From Cyanobacteriota bacterium (GTDB taxonomy: Bacteria > Cyanobacteriota > Cyanobacteriia > Thermostichales > Thermostichaceae), in the NCBI GenBank assembly GCA_033764955.1, contig JANRIL010000019.1, forward strand, positions 96,001 to 160,000: a DNA stretch of 64,000 bases, in the 5' to 3' direction. Below, piece after piece: positions 39,416-52,462 of the stretch. How positions within the stretch are numbered: position 1 is the first letter of the stretch; every line of letters starts with the position of its first letter. A program made the translations under genes and the position numbers. The notes under the pieces were generated by a model. The model made no database searches, was not told the origin of the DNA, and saw nothing but the letters and a program-made list of their open reading frames with translations.

Positions 39416-39711
39416 GGACAATCTCCCGTTTAGTGGCCTAGCTGCTATTATCACCCAACCCGTCTGAGGCTTCTGACTTCCCCTCGCTCAGGGATCCCAA
39501 GGCTGCTTCCGATCCGGTAGGGTGGTCTAGCATTAAGTCATAGTCGTTATGAGTTTATTATAGTCTATTGGGTTGGTATAGCTAGTTTCGGGATCCCTAT
39601 CTACATGGAGGGCGGATCGGGGGGCTACAATTGTTTACGAGTTTTGTAACGAACTCTTGAGCTGCTTACCCTTAGACTGGTCATCCCCCTCTTCTGCTGG
39701 AGATCCCAAAG

Positions 39712-41430
39712 ATGCTACGCCTCGAACACATCAGCAAAATTTATCCGACAGGGGAAGTCCTCAGGGATGTCACCTGGGAGGTCAAGCCGGGGGATCGGAT
39801 CGGGTTGGTGGGGGTAAATGGAGCGGGTAAGTCCACCCAACTCAAAATCATCGCCGGGGAAATCGAGCCAACGGGGGGAGAAATTATCCGCCCCGCCAGC
39901 CTGCACATTGCCTACCTCACCCAAGAGTTTGAGGTGGATCCGGCGCGCACCGTGCGGGAGGAGTTTTGGACGGTTTTTCAAGAAGCCAATCGTATTCAGA
40001 TTTCACTAGCAGATGTCCATCGCCAGATGGAAACCGCTTCACCGGAGCTTTTGGATAAACTTCTCAACCAGATGGATCGGTTGCAGCGCCAGTTTGAAGC
40101 TATGCATGGGTATGAACTGGATGCCCGTATTGATAAAATTTTACCGGAAATGGGCTTTGAACTGGATGATGCGGATCGCTTAGTCAGCGCTTTTAGCGGC
40201 GGCTGGCAAATGCGGATGAGCTTGGGCAAGATTCTCCTCCAGAAGCCTGATGTATTGCTATTGGATGAACCCACCAACCACCTCGATCTAGAAACGATTG
40301 AATGGTTGGAGAATTATCTCAAGAACCTAACGATTCCAATGGTGATTGTCTCCCATGACCGTGAGTTTTTGGATCGGTTATGCACTCAAATCGTGGAAAC
40401 AGAGCGGGGCGTATCGACCACCTATTTGGGTAACTATTCCACCTATCTGCAACAGAAACAGGAACAAAAGAACGCCCAACTTAGCGCCTATGAACGGCAA
40501 CAAAAGGAACTGGAAAAACAGCAGGTATTCATCGATCGCTTTCGAGCCAGTGCCACCCGCAGTACCCAAGCCAAAAGCCGTGAAAAACTACTGGAAAAGG
40601 TTGAACGCATTGAGGTGCCGATTAGTGATGTTCGCACCCTACATTTTCGCTTTCCCCCCTCTCCACGCAGCGGTCGGGAGGTCGTCGAGATTAAAGATTT
40701 GGTGCATCAATATGGAGACAAAATCCTTTTTCTGGGGGCTAACCTTTTAATCGAACGAGGGGATCGGATTGCTTTTTTAGGCCCGAATGGGGCTGGTAAA
40801 TCAACGTTGCTGCATTTGATTATGGGCATGGAAAAACCTAGCGACGGCTTGGTCAAGCTCGGCGATCATGGAGTGATTCCTGCTTATTTTGAGCAGAATC
40901 AGGCAGAAGCTCTCGACCTCAATAGAACCGTCATGGAAACGATCCATGATGAAGTTCCCCAGTGGAAGAATGAAGAGGTGAGAACGCTCTTAGGCCGCTT
41001 TTTATTTAGCGGAGATACCGTTTTCAAAAAAGTAGAAGCCCTGAGTGGAGGCGAGAAGGCTCGACTGGCTTTAGCCAAAATGCTGCTCAAGCCTGCCAAT
41101 CTATTGATTTTAGATGAACCCACTAATCACCTAGATATTCCTGCTAAAGAAATGTTGGAAGAGGCGATTCAAAACTATGATGGCACGGTCATTGTTGTTT
41201 CCCATGATCGCTATTTCATCTCCCAGATTGCTAACAAAATTGTAGAGATCCGTGATGGTGAGTTAATTCCTTATGCCGGAGACTATTCCTATTATCTGAG
41301 CAAAATTGAAGAAGAGAAAGAAAAGGCTAGGCAAGCCAAAATGGCCAGCGAAAAGGCCGATAAGGCAGCCGCTAAGCGCGCCAAAGAGCGGGAGAAAGAG
41401 AAGGCTAAAAAAGCAGCCGCTAAGTCTTAA
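39712..41430 (+). CDS. ABC-F family ATP-binding protein
   Basis: Two ABC domains (GVNGAGKST/FSGGWQMR and GPNGAGKST/LSGGEKAR, each with LDEPTNHLD), no TM, charged C-terminal tail. Confidence 0.93.
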   Translation: MLRLEHISKIYPTGEVLRDVTWEVKPGDRIGLVGVNGAGKSTQLKIIAGEIEPTGGEIIRPASLHIAYLTQEFEVDPARTVREEFWTVFQEANRIQISLADVHRQMETASPELLDKLLNQMDRLQRQFEAMHGYELDARIDKILPEMGFELDDADRLVSAFSGGWQMRMSLGKILLQKPDVLLLDEPTNHLDLETIEWLENYLKNLTIPMVIVSHDREFLDRLCTQIVETERGVSTTYLGNYSTYLQQKQEQKNAQLSAYERQQKELEKQQVFIDRFRASATRSTQAKSREKLLEKVERIEVPISDVRTLHFRFPPSPRSGREVVEIKDLVHQYGDKILFLGANLLIERGDRIAFLGPNGAGKSTLLHLIMGMEKPSDGLVKLGDHGVIPAYFEQNQAEALDLNRTVMETIHDEVPQWKNEEVRTLLGRFLFSGDTVFKKVEALSGGEKARLALAKMLLKPANLLILDEPTNHLDIPAKEMLEEAIQNYDGTVIVVSHDRYFISQIANKIVEIRDGELIPYAGDYSYYLSKIEEEKEKARQAKMASEKADKAAAKRAKEREKEKAKKAAAKS

Positions 41431-41484
41431 TGGTTTCAGTTGATTGTTCAGTAAAAATTGGTTGGATTGATTCCTTGAGTTCCC

Positions 41485-43380
41485 TTAATCCCAGTCCGCC
41501 CACTCTGTCTCGGTAATAGTTGTGCCAGGAAATTCAATCGGGTTACCCAGTTGAATGATTTGTTCTTGGAGTCGGCGTAGGGTTTGTTGCTGCCTGAGGG
41601 AGGGTTGGGGGATCCCGGCGGGGTAAATATCTTGCTCTAGGGCAAAGGAGGCCACATGTCCGGCAGCCGTACCAATTGCCCATTCCACTGGATGAACCCG
41701 ATAGGCGGCGCTGGCGATGCGGGTAGTGGCGATATTTTTGGCTCCCGCCAGCAAATTATCCAGCTTTTGAGGAATCAACGCCCGCAGAGGAATTTGAAAA
41801 GGGTAACCAGGGGACTGAGAATCTTTGTTGTTGGCGGGAGGCAACGAGAAATCTGGCTGAAGACAGTCATGGAAATCGATGGCATACTGCCCTACCCCAA
41901 CGCTGTCATAAAATACATAGGGTCTCCCCCGCTGCGACTCCGACGGTTTGCGGGTGAAGTCGCTTTCGTAGATGGCAAACCCATCGGGATATCCCAAACT
42001 AGGGCGACCAATCAGCCGCCGCGCCTCTCGAATGTAGGGATACTTAGAAAGACCGGAAGCGGATCCCATCGGGCTATCGGATCCCTGTAGGTACTTAAAG
42101 CGCAGGTAATAGTCCTTCTGAAAACTGGGATCCTCCTGTTGCAGCAAAAAATCGGTGGTTCCGGCCACCAGCCAATAGAAAAATCCTAGGGCATGTTCTT
42201 CTCCTTGCTGCAAGGCTTCTGGGCGCAATCCTCCCCGCCAACCTCCTGCCTCCAGTTGTCCAGACTCCGCCAGTTGAGCCTGGGTGAGAATAAAATTAGA
42301 GTCGGGGGTGCTAATTCGCCAGTCATTCCCCCATGTCCAATTTTGCATGGACTGATCCCCAACCCGAATGGCCTCGGCTGTGGTTCCGGCTACCTCTCCT
42401 TTAATACGACGGTAGGTAAAAATGAGAGGGAAGTTGAAACGGGGCAGCTCATAGCTATAGTAGGGGCCATGTTCCGGCTCATCATAAAAATCTGGCTTGA
42501 CGGGTAGTTGCGGAAACTCCGTATGCTCCATCACAAAGGTATAGGTAAACCCCTGCGTGCAATAGGGATCTACAATAGGCTTGCCGCTGGGTTCCCAGAT
42601 GGTTTTTTCATCCGTACCCAAACGGTAGGGGACATCCGCCAACGGCCATAGTTCTCCGGTCTCGGTGGCATCAATCACCATCCAAGGGATGCGGTTTTCG
42701 CTCCGTTCCGGCGGCGGCAGAAAGGTGATGAGTTCCTTATCCCAGTTCTCAGAGGGGTTAGGGTCATACCAATCCAAAAAATACTCCGAGAGATTGCCCC
42801 GCTGCCCCCCCACCAGTTCTAGCTTTTTGGGAATATGGCGGATGGCCTGCACCGAGCGAATCAAATTGTCTTGGGTTTCTAAATCTTTGATCACCGTATC
42901 GGTGAACAGGTGCAGTTGCCCACTGTCGATATAGGGTTTGAGCATCTCATTCAACACCTGATGCCCCACCTGGGGAGAAAAACAGAGGACGCTCACCCAG
43001 CACTTACCCGGATTGGGATCCCCGCCATAAGCCGCGATCACCCGCTCCCGAAACTCTTCGTAGCCCGCCGGAAAAATGAACTGCTCCCGTTGCAGCCGCC
43101 GTTCATCCAGAGCCGATACCCCCTGCGCCGACACTTGCCCGCCAATCCAGTCGGTGATTTCGGTCATACAGACCTGCCGCCCCAACCGCAAACTGTCAAA
43201 GGCTGCCGCCACCCCGCCCAACCCTCCCCCGGCCACTAAGATCTCACAGGCAACGGTGCGGGGTGGCAGGTCGGGAGAATTGTCCTGAGCCTGTACGGAG
43301 GGGAAAAGGGATCCCAGCCCTAGCATGAGTAGACTTAGTTTGAGGGCGGTAGCAACGCTCGTCGAAAGAAAAGGTGACAT
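41485..43380 (-). CDS. Exported FAD-dependent oxidoreductase
   Basis: Signal peptide; ILVAGGGLGGVAAA, ETDW-like EITDWIGGQ, IDATETG, PYIREARR, FQIPLRALIP, AYRVHPVEW. Confidence 0.82.
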   Translation of the reverse strand: MSPFLSTSVATALKLSLLMLGLGSLFPSVQAQDNSPDLPPRTVACEILVAGGGLGGVAAAFDSLRLGRQVCMTEITDWIGGQVSAQGVSALDERRLQREQFIFPAGYEEFRERVIAAYGGDPNPGKCWVSVLCFSPQVGHQVLNEMLKPYIDSGQLHLFTDTVIKDLETQDNLIRSVQAIRHIPKKLELVGGQRGNLSEYFLDWYDPNPSENWDKELITFLPPPERSENRIPWMVIDATETGELWPLADVPYRLGTDEKTIWEPSGKPIVDPYCTQGFTYTFVMEHTEFPQLPVKPDFYDEPEHGPYYSYELPRFNFPLIFTYRRIKGEVAGTTAEAIRVGDQSMQNWTWGNDWRISTPDSNFILTQAQLAESGQLEAGGWRGGLRPEALQQGEEHALGFFYWLVAGTTDFLLQQEDPSFQKDYYLRFKYLQGSDSPMGSASGLSKYPYIREARRLIGRPSLGYPDGFAIYESDFTRKPSESQRGRPYVFYDSVGVGQYAIDFHDCLQPDFSLPPANNKDSQSPGYPFQIPLRALIPQKLDNLLAGAKNIATTRIASAAYRVHPVEWAIGTAAGHVASFALEQDIYPAGIPQPSLRQQQTLRRLQEQIIQLGNPIEFPGTTITETEWADWD

Positions 43381-43569
43381 TGATTGGGGATCCCGGACAT
43401 TCTCAACACTCGTTTTCTCAGCCTATCAAACCTTGACCCCCTAGCCAGCAGCAGGTCATCCCGCAGGAGGGTTATTGCCAGAGAAAATCGACAGAAAAAT
43501 AGTGAGATAACCAAGGAAACAACTCCACAGCATCCTTTCAGGAGAATCGGGCTGTGCAATCCAAAAAAA

Positions 43570-43643
<74 letters not shown>

Positions 43644-44006
43644 TTAGCGGACTGGGTTGAAACCAGCTTGTTCACTATAGCCTGTTTGTTACAAAATCAG
43701 CAAGCGGTGGATCCCTTAGGGATCGAGAGCGTTCATGCTGAAATCAGCAAGAAAGAGACCAAACAAGACACTTTGCCAGACTTCACTAATTAAGATATGC
43801 TAAATGTCCCAAGCTGTATGTCAACCCGCATCAGCAAGGGATCCGGACTACAAAAGTTGACTGAATCAAATTGATTGTGGTCAAAACTTCCTTTGCCAGG
43901 AGTTCAGTCTCTCGGAAGTTCCCTTCCCTAGTATTCCTTGTGACATCCTTCCCCTGGTTTGTATCTTAGGCTCGTTGCTAACCTTGACTCCCCATCGCTC
44001 ACCGCC

Positions 44007-47000
44007 ATGCATCACCCCTCCCTTTCTTCCCCATCACGCCATTGGGATCGTTGGTTAACTCAAGAACGTGATGCCTGTGGGGTGGGTTTTTTGGTAGATC
44101 AACAGGGTCGGGCTAGCCACCATCTGATCCAACAGACCTTGACGGCTCTCACCTGTATGGAGCATCGCGGTGGCTGCGGCGGTGACAATGAAAGCGGAGA
44201 CGGAGCAGGGATCACAACGGCGATTCCGTGGGCACTCCTGCAGCAGTGGGCGGAGACCCAAGGGTTAGGGCAATTGGATCCCAGCCATAGCGCGGTGGGG
44301 ATGATCTTTCTGCCTCAGGATCCCCATCTGGCGGAGCAAGTGTGTCAATCCATTACTGAGCATGTGGCGACCACGGAGTGGCGGATCCTGGGCTGGCGGG
44401 AGGTGCCCGTTGCACCGGAGCGGTTGGGGCCAATGGCTCGGCAAAATCAGCCTCAGATTAGGCAACTGCTCCTGCGCCATCCTCAACTGGTAGGGGATCC
44501 CTTAGAACGCGAGCTTTATCTCCTCAGAAAGCGGCTGGAGCACAAGGTCACCCGTACCTTTGGCTCGGATGCCCTCTACTTTGTTTCTCTCTCCTCCCGC
44601 ACGATTGTCTACAAGGGGATGGTGCAGTCAGCGGTTCTGGGACAGTTTTATCTCGATCTGCAAAATCCCGCCTACGTCAGCTTCTATGCCGCCTATCACC
44701 GCCGCTTCAGCACCAATACCCTCCCCCGCTGGCCGTTGGCGCAGCCGATGCGCTATCTCGGTCATAACGGCGAGATCAACACCTTTTTAGGCAATGTCAA
44801 CTGGATGATGGCGCGGGAGCAAACCCTGGCTCATCCCTGCTGGGGGGAACAGGTGAAGGATCTCGAACCGATTGTGGATCCCGATGCCAGCGATTCTGCC
44901 GCCCTCGATAATGTCCTGGAACTCTTGGTGCGTTCAGGACATTCTCCCCTTCAGGCCATGATGATCTTGATTCCTGAAGCCTACCGCAACCAGCCGGAAT
45001 TACAGCCCTATCCTGAGGTGGCGGATTTCTACGAATTTTATGGAGGCTTGCAGGAACCGTGGGACGGCCCCGCTATGGTGGTGTTTTGTGATGGCAAGTG
45101 GATTGGCGCTACTTTAGACCGCAACGGATTACGGCCTGCTCGCTATGCTATTACCCGTGATGGGTTGATCTCCGTTGGCTCGGAAGCGGGGGTCATTGAT
45201 CTGCCAGAATCCGAAATCCTGGAAAAAGGCCGCTTGGGACCCGGACAAATGCTCGCCTTCGACCTAGAGGAGCGGCAGGTTTTGAAAAATTGGCAAATCA
45301 AGCGACAAGTTGCCAGCCAAAAACCCTATGGAGCTTGGTTAGCGGCTCATCGCTCCGCTTTGGTGGCGCATACCTTTGATACGCACACCCATCTCAGTGA
45401 AAGTCAGTTATTGCAGGCTCAAACAGCTTTTGGCTATTCCGCCGAAGATGTAGAGATGGTTTTGGAGGATATGGCGGCTACCGGTAAAGAGCCAACCTTC
45501 TGCATGGGGGATGACACTCCTCTGGCGGTACTATCTACCCAGCCCCACCCCCTCTACGACTATTTCAAGCAACGCTTTGCCCAGGTGACGAATCCGCCCA
45601 TTGATCCGCTGCGGGAAAGCTTGGTCATGTCCCTGGATGTCTATCTGGGATCCCGTGGCAACTTGCTTGATGCCCAACCCGAAGCCGCTCGTCTCTTACA
45701 TCTGCGTAGCCCTGTTTTGAATGAGGCGGAGTTAGAAGCCTTACGGCAGAGCCATCTGACTAGCCAAACCCTCTCTATGTTGTTCCCAGTAGCAGAGGGA
45801 TCCCTAGCTCTGGCTTCTACCCTAGAAAGCCTTTGCCAAGCGGCGGCAGAGGCCGTCAGAAATGGCGTAGAAATCTTAATTTTATCGGATCGAGGACTGG
45901 ACGCCGAACAAGCCTTGATCCCCCCTTTGTTGGCAGTGGGATCCATTCATCACTATCTGATTCGCCAAGGGATCCGTCTTCAGGTCTCCCTGCTGGTAGA
46001 AACCGCTCAATGCTGGAGTACCCACCACTTTGCCTGTTTGATCGGTTACGGAGCCAGTGCCATTTGTCCGTATCTGGCCTACGAAACCGTGCGGCAATGG
46101 TGGCACAAACCCAAGACCCAAACCCAGATGACTGGCAGTGGATTGCCCGCCCTCTCGTTGACGGAGGTGCAGTTAAAATATCGCGCCGCCATTGAAGCCG
46201 GACTGCTCAAAATTCTCTCCAAAATGGGTATCTCCCTGCTTTCCAGCTATCATGGTGCCCAAATTTTTGAAGCGATTGGTCTCAGTTCAGAAGTTGTACA
46301 ACTGGCTTTTTGCGGTACGGTTTCCCGTGTGGGAGGGATGACCCTGGAGGATCTAGCACGGGAAGTTAGGATCAATCACGAGAAGGCTTTCCCTGAGCTA
46401 CAGACGAGTAAGCTGGAAAACTTTGGCTTTATTCAGTCCCGTCCCAAGGGGGAATATCACATCAACAGCCCGCAAATGGCTAAGCTTTTGCACAAAGCCA
46501 TTGCCTCCAAACAGCCGGATCACTACGACATCTATCGTCGTTCCCTGCAAGAGCGTCCAGCCACGGCACTGCGCGACCTGCTGGAGTTTAGCAGTGATCG
46601 TTCCCCTATCTCTATTGAGGAAGTCGAACCAGCCAGCCATCTGTATAGCCGCTTTGCTACCGGCGGCATGTCGTTGGGAGCGCTTAGCCGCGAAGCCCAT
46701 GAGACCCTGGCGATTGCCATGAATCGGATTGGCGGCAAATCCAACTCTGGTGAGGGGGGGGAGGATCCGGATCGCTATCTGATGATTGCGGATGTGACCG
46801 CCGATGGTCGGTCAACCCTCTTTCCCCACCTCAAAGGGTTACAGGCGGGGGATAGCGCCAGTTCTGCTATCAAGCAGGTGGCCTCCGGTCGCTTTGGCGT
46901 CACCCCTGAATACTTACTTAATGCCCAACAAATCGAGATCAAGATTGCCCAAGGTGCTAAACCGGGGGAAGGCGGGCAACTTCCTGGCAAAAAGGTAAGT

Positions 47001-48605
47001 CCTTACATTGCGCGGTTGCGCCGCTCTAAAGCGGGTGTGCCTCTGATTTCACCCCCTCCCCACCACGATATTTACTCGATTGAAGATCTGGCGCAATTGA
47101 TTTTCGACCTGCATCAAATCAACCCACGGGCAAAGGTTTCCGTCAAACTGGTGGCTGAGATTGGTATTGGGACGATTGCAGCGGGAGTGGCGAAGGCCAA
47201 CGCGGATGTCATCCAAATTTCTGGGCATGACGGGGGGACGGGAGCTTCTCCCCTCAGCTCTATTAAACATGCGGGTGGCCCCTGGGAATTGGGGCTGACA
47301 GAGGTACATCGTGCCCTGTTGCTGAACGGGCTGCGGGATCGCTCAGTTTTGCGGGTGGATGGTGGGATCCGCACCGGTTGGGAAGTGGTGATGGCGGCCA
47401 TGCTGGGAGCCGAAGAGTTTGGCTTTGGCACGGTGGCAATGATTGCTGAAGGCTGCATCATGGCGCGGGTCTGCCACATGAACACCTGTCCGGTGGGGGT
47501 AACCAGTCAAAAAGAAGAACTGCGTGCCCGCTTCCCTGGTACTCCCGACCATGTGGTGACCTTTTTTGTCTACATAGCTGAGGAGATCCGCCAGATATTG
47601 GCTCGATTGGGCTATCGTTCTCTGCGGGATGTGATTGGGCGGGCGGATTTGCTGCAACCTCGCCGAGATGTTACCCTCGCCAAAACGGACAAGCTGGATC
47701 TGGCCTGTCTCCTGGAACTGCCGGATGCGGATTCTGAAGCAGGACGGTATTGGCTGCACCACGAAGCGGTTCACTCCAACGGCTGGGTGCTCGATGATCA
47801 GATCCTTCAGGATCCTCAACTACAGACCGCTATCCAAACCTGTGGTTCTGCCAAGCTAGAAAGCAAAATTGTCAACACTGATCGCACCGTGGGTGGACGG
47901 ATTGCCGGGGTGGTTGCTCAGCAATACGGCGACACTGGTTTTGCTCAGCGGGGTGGGCAGATTGACCTGCATTTTGTGGGCAGTGCTGGACAAAGTTTTG
48001 CCGCGTTTAATCTGGCCGGCATCCGCTTGCTGCTGACGGGCGAGGCCAATGACTATGTGGGCAAGAGCATGTGTGGTGGGGAGATCATTCTCAAGCCCCC
48101 CTCCGACTGCCCACGGGATCCCTCGCAAAACGTGATTCTGGGCAACACCTGCCTCTACGGAGCCACTGGGGGATATCTGTTTGCTAATGGGCAGGCGGGC
48201 GAACGATTTGCCGTGCGAAACTCTGGTGCTCAGGCGGTGATCGAGGGCAGTGGGGATCACTGCTGTGAATATATGACCGGGGGTGTGGTGGTGGTACTGG
48301 GATCCGTGGGTCGCAATGTGGGGGCGGGCATGACCGGTGGCCTCGCCTACATTTTGGATGAATCCGGGGACTTCGCGGCTAAGGTTAACTCTGAAATTGT
48401 TCGCATTCAACGGGTGCAGACGGCGGCGGCAGAGCAGCAGGTACGGCAGTTGGTAGAACAGCACTATGACCGTACCCAAAGCCCAAAAGCTCTGGAGATT
48501 TTGCAAAACTGGCAAACTTATTTGCCCAAGTTCTGGCAGGTGATCCCCCCCTCCGAAGACAACTCCGAGTTCACGCATCCGCAATTGCAGACCGCCCAGG
48601 TGTGA
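44007..48605 (+). CDS. glsF: Glutamate synthase large subunit, most likely ferredoxin-dependent
   Basis: [10 protein letters not shown]-terminal Cys, [58 protein letters not shown]. No small-subunit gene adjacent. Confidence 0.93.
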   Translation: MHHPSLSSPSRHWDRWLTQERDACGVGFLVDQQGRASHHLIQQTLTALTCMEHRGGCGGDNESGDGAGITTAIPWALLQQWAETQGLGQLDPSHSAVGMIFLPQDPHLAEQVCQSITEHVATTEWRILGWREVPVAPERLGPMARQNQPQIRQLLLRHPQLVGDPLERELYLLRKRLEHKVTRTFGSDALYFVSLSSRTIVYKGMVQSAVLGQFYLDLQNPAYVSFYAAYHRRFSTNTLPRWPLAQPMRYLGHNGEINTFLGNVNWMMAREQTLAHPCWGEQVKDLEPIVDPDASDSAALDNVLELLVRSGHSPLQAMMILIPEAYRNQPELQPYPEVADFYEFYGGLQEPWDGPAMVVFCDGKWIGATLDRNGLRPARYAITRDGLISVGSEAGVIDLPESEILEKGRLGPGQMLAFDLEERQVLKNWQIKRQVASQKPYGAWLAAHRSALVAHTFDTHTHLSESQLLQAQTAFGYSAEDVEMVLEDMAATGKEPTFCMGDDTPLAVLSTQPHPLYDYFKQRFAQVTNPPIDPLRESLVMSLDVYLGSRGNLLDAQPEAARLLHLRSPVLNEAELEALRQSHLTSQTLSMLFPVAEGSLALASTLESLCQAAAEAVRNGVEILILSDRGLDAEQALIPPLLAVGSIHHYLIRQGIRLQVSLLVETAQCWSTHHFACLIGYGASAICPYLAYETVRQWWHKPKTQTQMTGSGLPALSLTEVQLKYRAAIEAGLLKILSKMGISLLSSYHGAQIFEAIGLSSEVVQLAFCGTVSRVGGMTLEDLAREVRINHEKAFPELQTSKLENFGFIQSRPKGEYHINSPQMAKLLHKAIASKQPDHYDIYRRSLQERPATALRDLLEFSSDRSPISIEEVEPASHLYSRFATGGMSLGALSREAHETLAIAMNRIGGKSNSGEGGEDPDRYLMIADVTADGRSTLFPHLKGLQAGDSASSAIKQVASGRFGVTPEYLLNAQQIEIKIAQGAKPGEGGQLPGKKVSPYIARLRRSKAGVPLISPPPHHDIYSIEDLAQLIFDLHQINPRAKVSVKLVAEIGIGTIAAGVAKANADVIQISGHDGGTGASPLSSIKHAGGPWELGLTEVHRALLLNGLRDRSVLRVDGGIRTGWEVVMAAMLGAEEFGFGTVAMIAEGCIMARVCHMNTCPVGVTSQKEELRARFPGTPDHVVTFFVYIAEEIRQILARLGYRSLRDVIGRADLLQPRRDVTLAKTDKLDLACLLELPDADSEAGRYWLHHEAVHSNGWVLDDQILQDPQLQTAIQTCGSAKLESKIVNTDRTVGGRIAGVVAQQYGDTGFAQRGGQIDLHFVGSAGQSFAAFNLAGIRLLLTGEANDYVGKSMCGGEIILKPPSDCPRDPSQNVILGNTCLYGATGGYLFANGQAGERFAVRNSGAQAVIEGSGDHCCEYMTGGVVVVLGSVGRNVGAGMTGGLAYILDESGDFAAKVNSEIVRIQRVQTAAAEQQVRQLVEQHYDRTQSPKALEILQNWQTYLPKFWQVIPPSEDNSEFTHPQLQTAQV

Positions 48606-48619
48606 GGGATCCCCTCGCT

Positions 48620-49249
48620 TTAGCTGTCCATCATCTGCCAAAGCTGCCACCCCCCCAACAGAAGGAACAGCCCTCCCGCTATCCAGGTCAGCATCCGCTC
48701 CGAGAGGGAGTAGGCTAGCCAGCGTCCGCTCAACACGGCTAAACTGGCGCAAATGCCATGGCCGAGGATGGCTCCTAAAACCGTCGTCCAGAGCGGATAA
48801 GCGGAGGAGAGGGCGATGGTGGTAATCTGGGTGCGGTCTCCCCACTCGCCTAAAAAGGTGAGTCCAAAGGCTTGGCACGCTGTTCGCACGGGCAAGGATC
48901 CCCAACTGAACAGGGGAAGTGCAGGGGATCCCGTCACGGTTGATGCGGCTCCCTCCCACTCCGAACAGGCTGCGCTGGGATCCATCCCGTAGGCTTGGTA
49001 GAGTAGCTTGGCGGCAAATCCCCAAAATAAGAGCAAGACGGCGAGATCGATGAAGTGCTGGGGCAGCCAAACCAACACTTGCCCCAGCAGCGCGGAAATC
49101 AACGTCATCAAAGCTAAGGCGGTGATCACCCCGCTGAACACCCAAACTCGCGGCAAACGGGTGGCTAAAATCATCGCAATGAAGAAGGTCTTATCCCCCA
49201 ATTCGGAAATAGTAATCAGAAATAGGGCTGAAATAAATCCCAGGCTCAT
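48620..49249 (-). CDS. TMEM165/GDT1 (UPF0016) Mn2+/Ca2+ transporter, Mnx-like
   Basis: Twin motifs SELGDKTF and GEWGDRTQ. Confidence 0.9.
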   Translation of the reverse strand: MSLGFISALFLITISELGDKTFFIAMILATRLPRVWVFSGVITALALMTLISALLGQVLVWLPQHFIDLAVLLLFWGFAAKLLYQAYGMDPSAACSEWEGAASTVTGSPALPLFSWGSLPVRTACQAFGLTFLGEWGDRTQITTIALSSAYPLWTTVLGAILGHGICASLAVLSGRWLAYSLSERMLTWIAGGLFLLLGGWQLWQMMDS

Positions 49250-49518
49250 TATCTCTTCATCCCAAATTGCAAAACAGAGGCAAGCAATACCTTATCAAGG
49301 TAGCAGCTTCCCAAGTTAATTACTTTCATAATTGGGTCATCATCAAATCATCATTGATTCATAGTTTTCCTGTCAGAATCTAATTCAGAAAACCTACCAC
49401 TTCCCCTAGACATCATCCGCTAACTTTCTCTTTTTAGCGAACCTCCCCTTAAAACTCCGATACAAACGTTAAGATCGATAGGATCTGTCCGTCGTGTTTT
49501 GGGGTTGAGGAGTGAGGC

Positions 49519-52437
49519 ATGTCCAATCAGCAGGAAATTCGTATCGTTGGGGCACGGCAGCACAACCTCAAAAATGTCAACCTGACGATCCCGCGCAACC
49601 AGTTGGTGGTCTTCACGGGCGTATCCGGCTCTGGCAAGTCTTCTCTGGCCTTTGACACGATTTTTGCGGAAGGACAGCGCCGTTATGTGGAATCTCTGAG
49701 CGCCTATGCCCGCCAGTTTTTGGGACAACTGGACAAACCGGATGTGGATCGCATTGAGGGGCTGAGTCCGGCGATTTCCATCGATCAAAAGTCCACTAGC
49801 CATAACCCCCGCTCCACCGTCGGCACCGTCACTGAAATTTATGATTACCTGCGCCTGCTTTATGGGCGGGCGGGGATCCCCCATTGCCCCCATTGTGATC
49901 GCCCGATTGCTCCCCAAACCGTTGATCAAATCGTCGATCAAGTCATGCAGCTTCCCGATCAGACCCGTTTTCAGTTGCTAGCTCCGGTGGTGAAGGGGAA
50001 AAAAGGATCCCATACTCAACTGTTGCAAAGTTTGGCGCACCAGGGGTTTGTGCGGGTGCGGGTGGATGGACAGGTCAAAGATCTGAGCGAGCCGATCAAA
50101 CTCAACAAAAACCAAGCCCATGACATCGAGGTAGTGGTGGATCGGTTGGTGAAACAACCGGATTTGATGGAACGTCTGACCGACTCCCTGACCACCTGTT
50201 TACGGCAATCGGAAGGGGTGGCGGTGGTGGAGCTGATGCCACGGGAAGCGGAAGCCCCCGAACTGTTGCGAAAAGTCGCGGAATCAGCAGGGCAATATCT
50301 GAACGGCAAACCTACAGAACTCATCTTTTCGGAGAAATTTGCCTGTCCAGTGCATGGCTCGGTTATGGATGAATTATCCCCTCGGTTGTTTTCCTTTAAT
50401 TCTCCGATTGGTGCGTGTCCGGCTTGTCATGGATTGGGTTTTGTGCCCACCTTTGATCCCGATTTGATCATCACGGATCCCACTTTGCCAGTGTATGCTG
50501 CTATCACTCCCTGGGCAGAAAAAGATAATCCCTATTATCTTGCTCTTTTGGTGGGAGCGGCCAAAGCATTTGGTTTTGAAATTAGTGACCGTTGGCAGCA
50601 ACTTCCCGAAAAGATCCAGCATATTTTGCTCTATGGATCGGAAGAAGATATCTATGTGGAAGCAGAATCCCACTATCGTTCTACGCAGGGTTATCATCGT
50701 CGCTATGAAGGGGTGATTCCTCAACTACAACGACACTATCAAGAAACCAATTCGGAAGCCTATCGACAAAAATTAGAAGTGTTTCTTGCCAATCGTCCCT
50801 GTAGCACCTGTGGGGGATCCCGTCTCAAGCCGGAAGTGTTGTCGGTGAGAATCGGCGGCTATCGCATTACCGAATTGACAGAGATTCCTGTGCATGAATG
50901 TTTGCATCGACTGCACCACCTAACCTTAAATCCTCGCCAAGCCCAAATTGGGGAATTGGTCTTAAAAGAAATTCGTGCCCGTTTGCAGTTTTTAGTAGAT
51001 GTTGGGCTTGATTATTTAACGTTGGCTCGACCCGCCATGACCCTATCGGGAGGAGAAGCCCAGCGGATTCGTTTAGCCACCCAAATTGGTTCTGGTTTGA
51101 CAGGAGTTTTGTATGTTTTGGATGAACCCTCGATTGGTCTGCATCAACGGGATAACGAGCGGCTGCTCCATACGCTGCTGCGGCTGCGGGATCTCGATAA
51201 CACGCTGGTGGTGGTAGAGCACGACGAAGAAACGATTCGGGCGGCGGATCATCTCGTGGATATCGGACCAGGGGCGGGTGTGCATGGGGGAGAAATTGTG
51301 GCTCAGGGATCCGTAGCCGATATCGAAGCCTGTCAGCGATCGATTACTGGACAGTATCTCTCTGGGCGGGTGGGGATCCCGACTCCTGCCCAGCGACGGG
51401 CTGGCAAGGCGCAATCTCTAAAAATCGTCAATGCCCATCGCAATAACCTCAAGCATGTCAGTGTGGAGATCCCGTTAGGTAAATTGGTTTGCGTTACCGG
51501 TGTTTCTGGATCCGGTAAATCCACCCTGATCAACGAGTTGCTCTATCCGGCTCTTTGCCATCATCTGGGTCAAAAAGTAGCCAAACCCGCTGATTTAGAA
51601 AAGTTAGAGGGTACAGATTTCTTGGACAAAGTGATTGTGATCGATCAATCTCCCATCGGTAGAACTCCCCGCTCTAACCCCGCCACTTATACCGGGTTGT
51701 TTGATCCGATTCGCCAAACTTTTGCCCAAAGTTTAGATGCTAAATCCAGAGGTTATCAGTCAGGACATTTCTCTTTTAACGTTAAAGGGGGACGTTGTGA
51801 AGCCTGTAAAGGACAGGGCGTTAATGTGATTGAAATGAATTTCTTACCCGATGTTTATGTGACCTGCGATGTTTGTGGGGGATCCCGTTATAGCCGCGAG
51901 ACGTTGCAAGTCAAATATAAAGGAAAAACCATTGCTGATGTCCTAGAAATGACGGTGGGACAGGCTTTGGAATTCTTTTCGGCTTTGCCCCCTGCGGCCA
52001 AAATCTTGCAAACATTGGCGGATGTTGGCCTAGACTATGTGCGATTGGGGCAGTCGGCTCCCACCTTATCGGGTGGGGAAGCCCAACGGGTAAAACTGGC
52101 TTCTGAATTGGCTCGCCGCTCTACGGGTAAAACCCTTTATCTTTTGGATGAGCCTTCCACCGGATTATCTTTTTATGATGTCCATAAATTGCTCAATGTT
52201 TTGCAGCGTTTGGTCGATACAGGTAACACCGTTTTGGTGATTGAACACAATCTTGATATTTTGCGATGTGCCGATTGGATCATTGACTTAGGGCCGGAAG
52301 GAGGCAATCGCGGCGGAGAAATTATTGCCGTTGGTACCCCTGAATTCGTTGCCGAAGTGCCGGGATCCCATACGGGTCGTTATCTCAAGCAAGTCTTGCA
52401 GCAACATCCACCCCATGTCGATTTAATGGAGAGTTAA
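49519..52437 (+). CDS. uvrA: Excinuclease ABC subunit A
   Basis: GARQHNLKN, two GVSGSGKS motifs, [17 protein letters not shown], zinc fingers, DLGPEGG. RBS GAGGAG upstream. Confidence 0.97.
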   Translation: MSNQQEIRIVGARQHNLKNVNLTIPRNQLVVFTGVSGSGKSSLAFDTIFAEGQRRYVESLSAYARQFLGQLDKPDVDRIEGLSPAISIDQKSTSHNPRSTVGTVTEIYDYLRLLYGRAGIPHCPHCDRPIAPQTVDQIVDQVMQLPDQTRFQLLAPVVKGKKGSHTQLLQSLAHQGFVRVRVDGQVKDLSEPIKLNKNQAHDIEVVVDRLVKQPDLMERLTDSLTTCLRQSEGVAVVELMPREAEAPELLRKVAESAGQYLNGKPTELIFSEKFACPVHGSVMDELSPRLFSFNSPIGACPACHGLGFVPTFDPDLIITDPTLPVYAAITPWAEKDNPYYLALLVGAAKAFGFEISDRWQQLPEKIQHILLYGSEEDIYVEAESHYRSTQGYHRRYEGVIPQLQRHYQETNSEAYRQKLEVFLANRPCSTCGGSRLKPEVLSVRIGGYRITELTEIPVHECLHRLHHLTLNPRQAQIGELVLKEIRARLQFLVDVGLDYLTLARPAMTLSGGEAQRIRLATQIGSGLTGVLYVLDEPSIGLHQRDNERLLHTLLRLRDLDNTLVVVEHDEETIRAADHLVDIGPGAGVHGGEIVAQGSVADIEACQRSITGQYLSGRVGIPTPAQRRAGKAQSLKIVNAHRNNLKHVSVEIPLGKLVCVTGVSGSGKSTLINELLYPALCHHLGQKVAKPADLEKLEGTDFLDKVIVIDQSPIGRTPRSNPATYTGLFDPIRQTFAQSLDAKSRGYQSGHFSFNVKGGRCEACKGQGVNVIEMNFLPDVYVTCDVCGGSRYSRETLQVKYKGKTIADVLEMTVGQALEFFSALPPAAKILQTLADVGLDYVRLGQSAPTLSGGEAQRVKLASELARRSTGKTLYLLDEPSTGLSFYDVHKLLNVLQRLVDTGNTVLVIEHNLDILRCADWIIDLGPEGGNRGGEIIAVGTPEFVAEVPGSHTGRYLKQVLQQHPPHVDLMES

Positions 52438-52462
52438 TGACGGCTGACTCAATGGCAGGCAC

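Noticed and set aside
47856..49145. 429-aa minus-strand ORF
   Set aside because: Antisense to glsF and out of frame over the GDT1 gene, with no motifs; a shadow ORF. The many other short overlapping ORFs in the track were dismissed on the same grounds.
49458..49473. Possible LexA box upstream of uvrA (CGATACAAACGTTA)
   Set aside because: Too many mismatches to the cyanobacterial RGTAC-N3-DGTWCB consensus.
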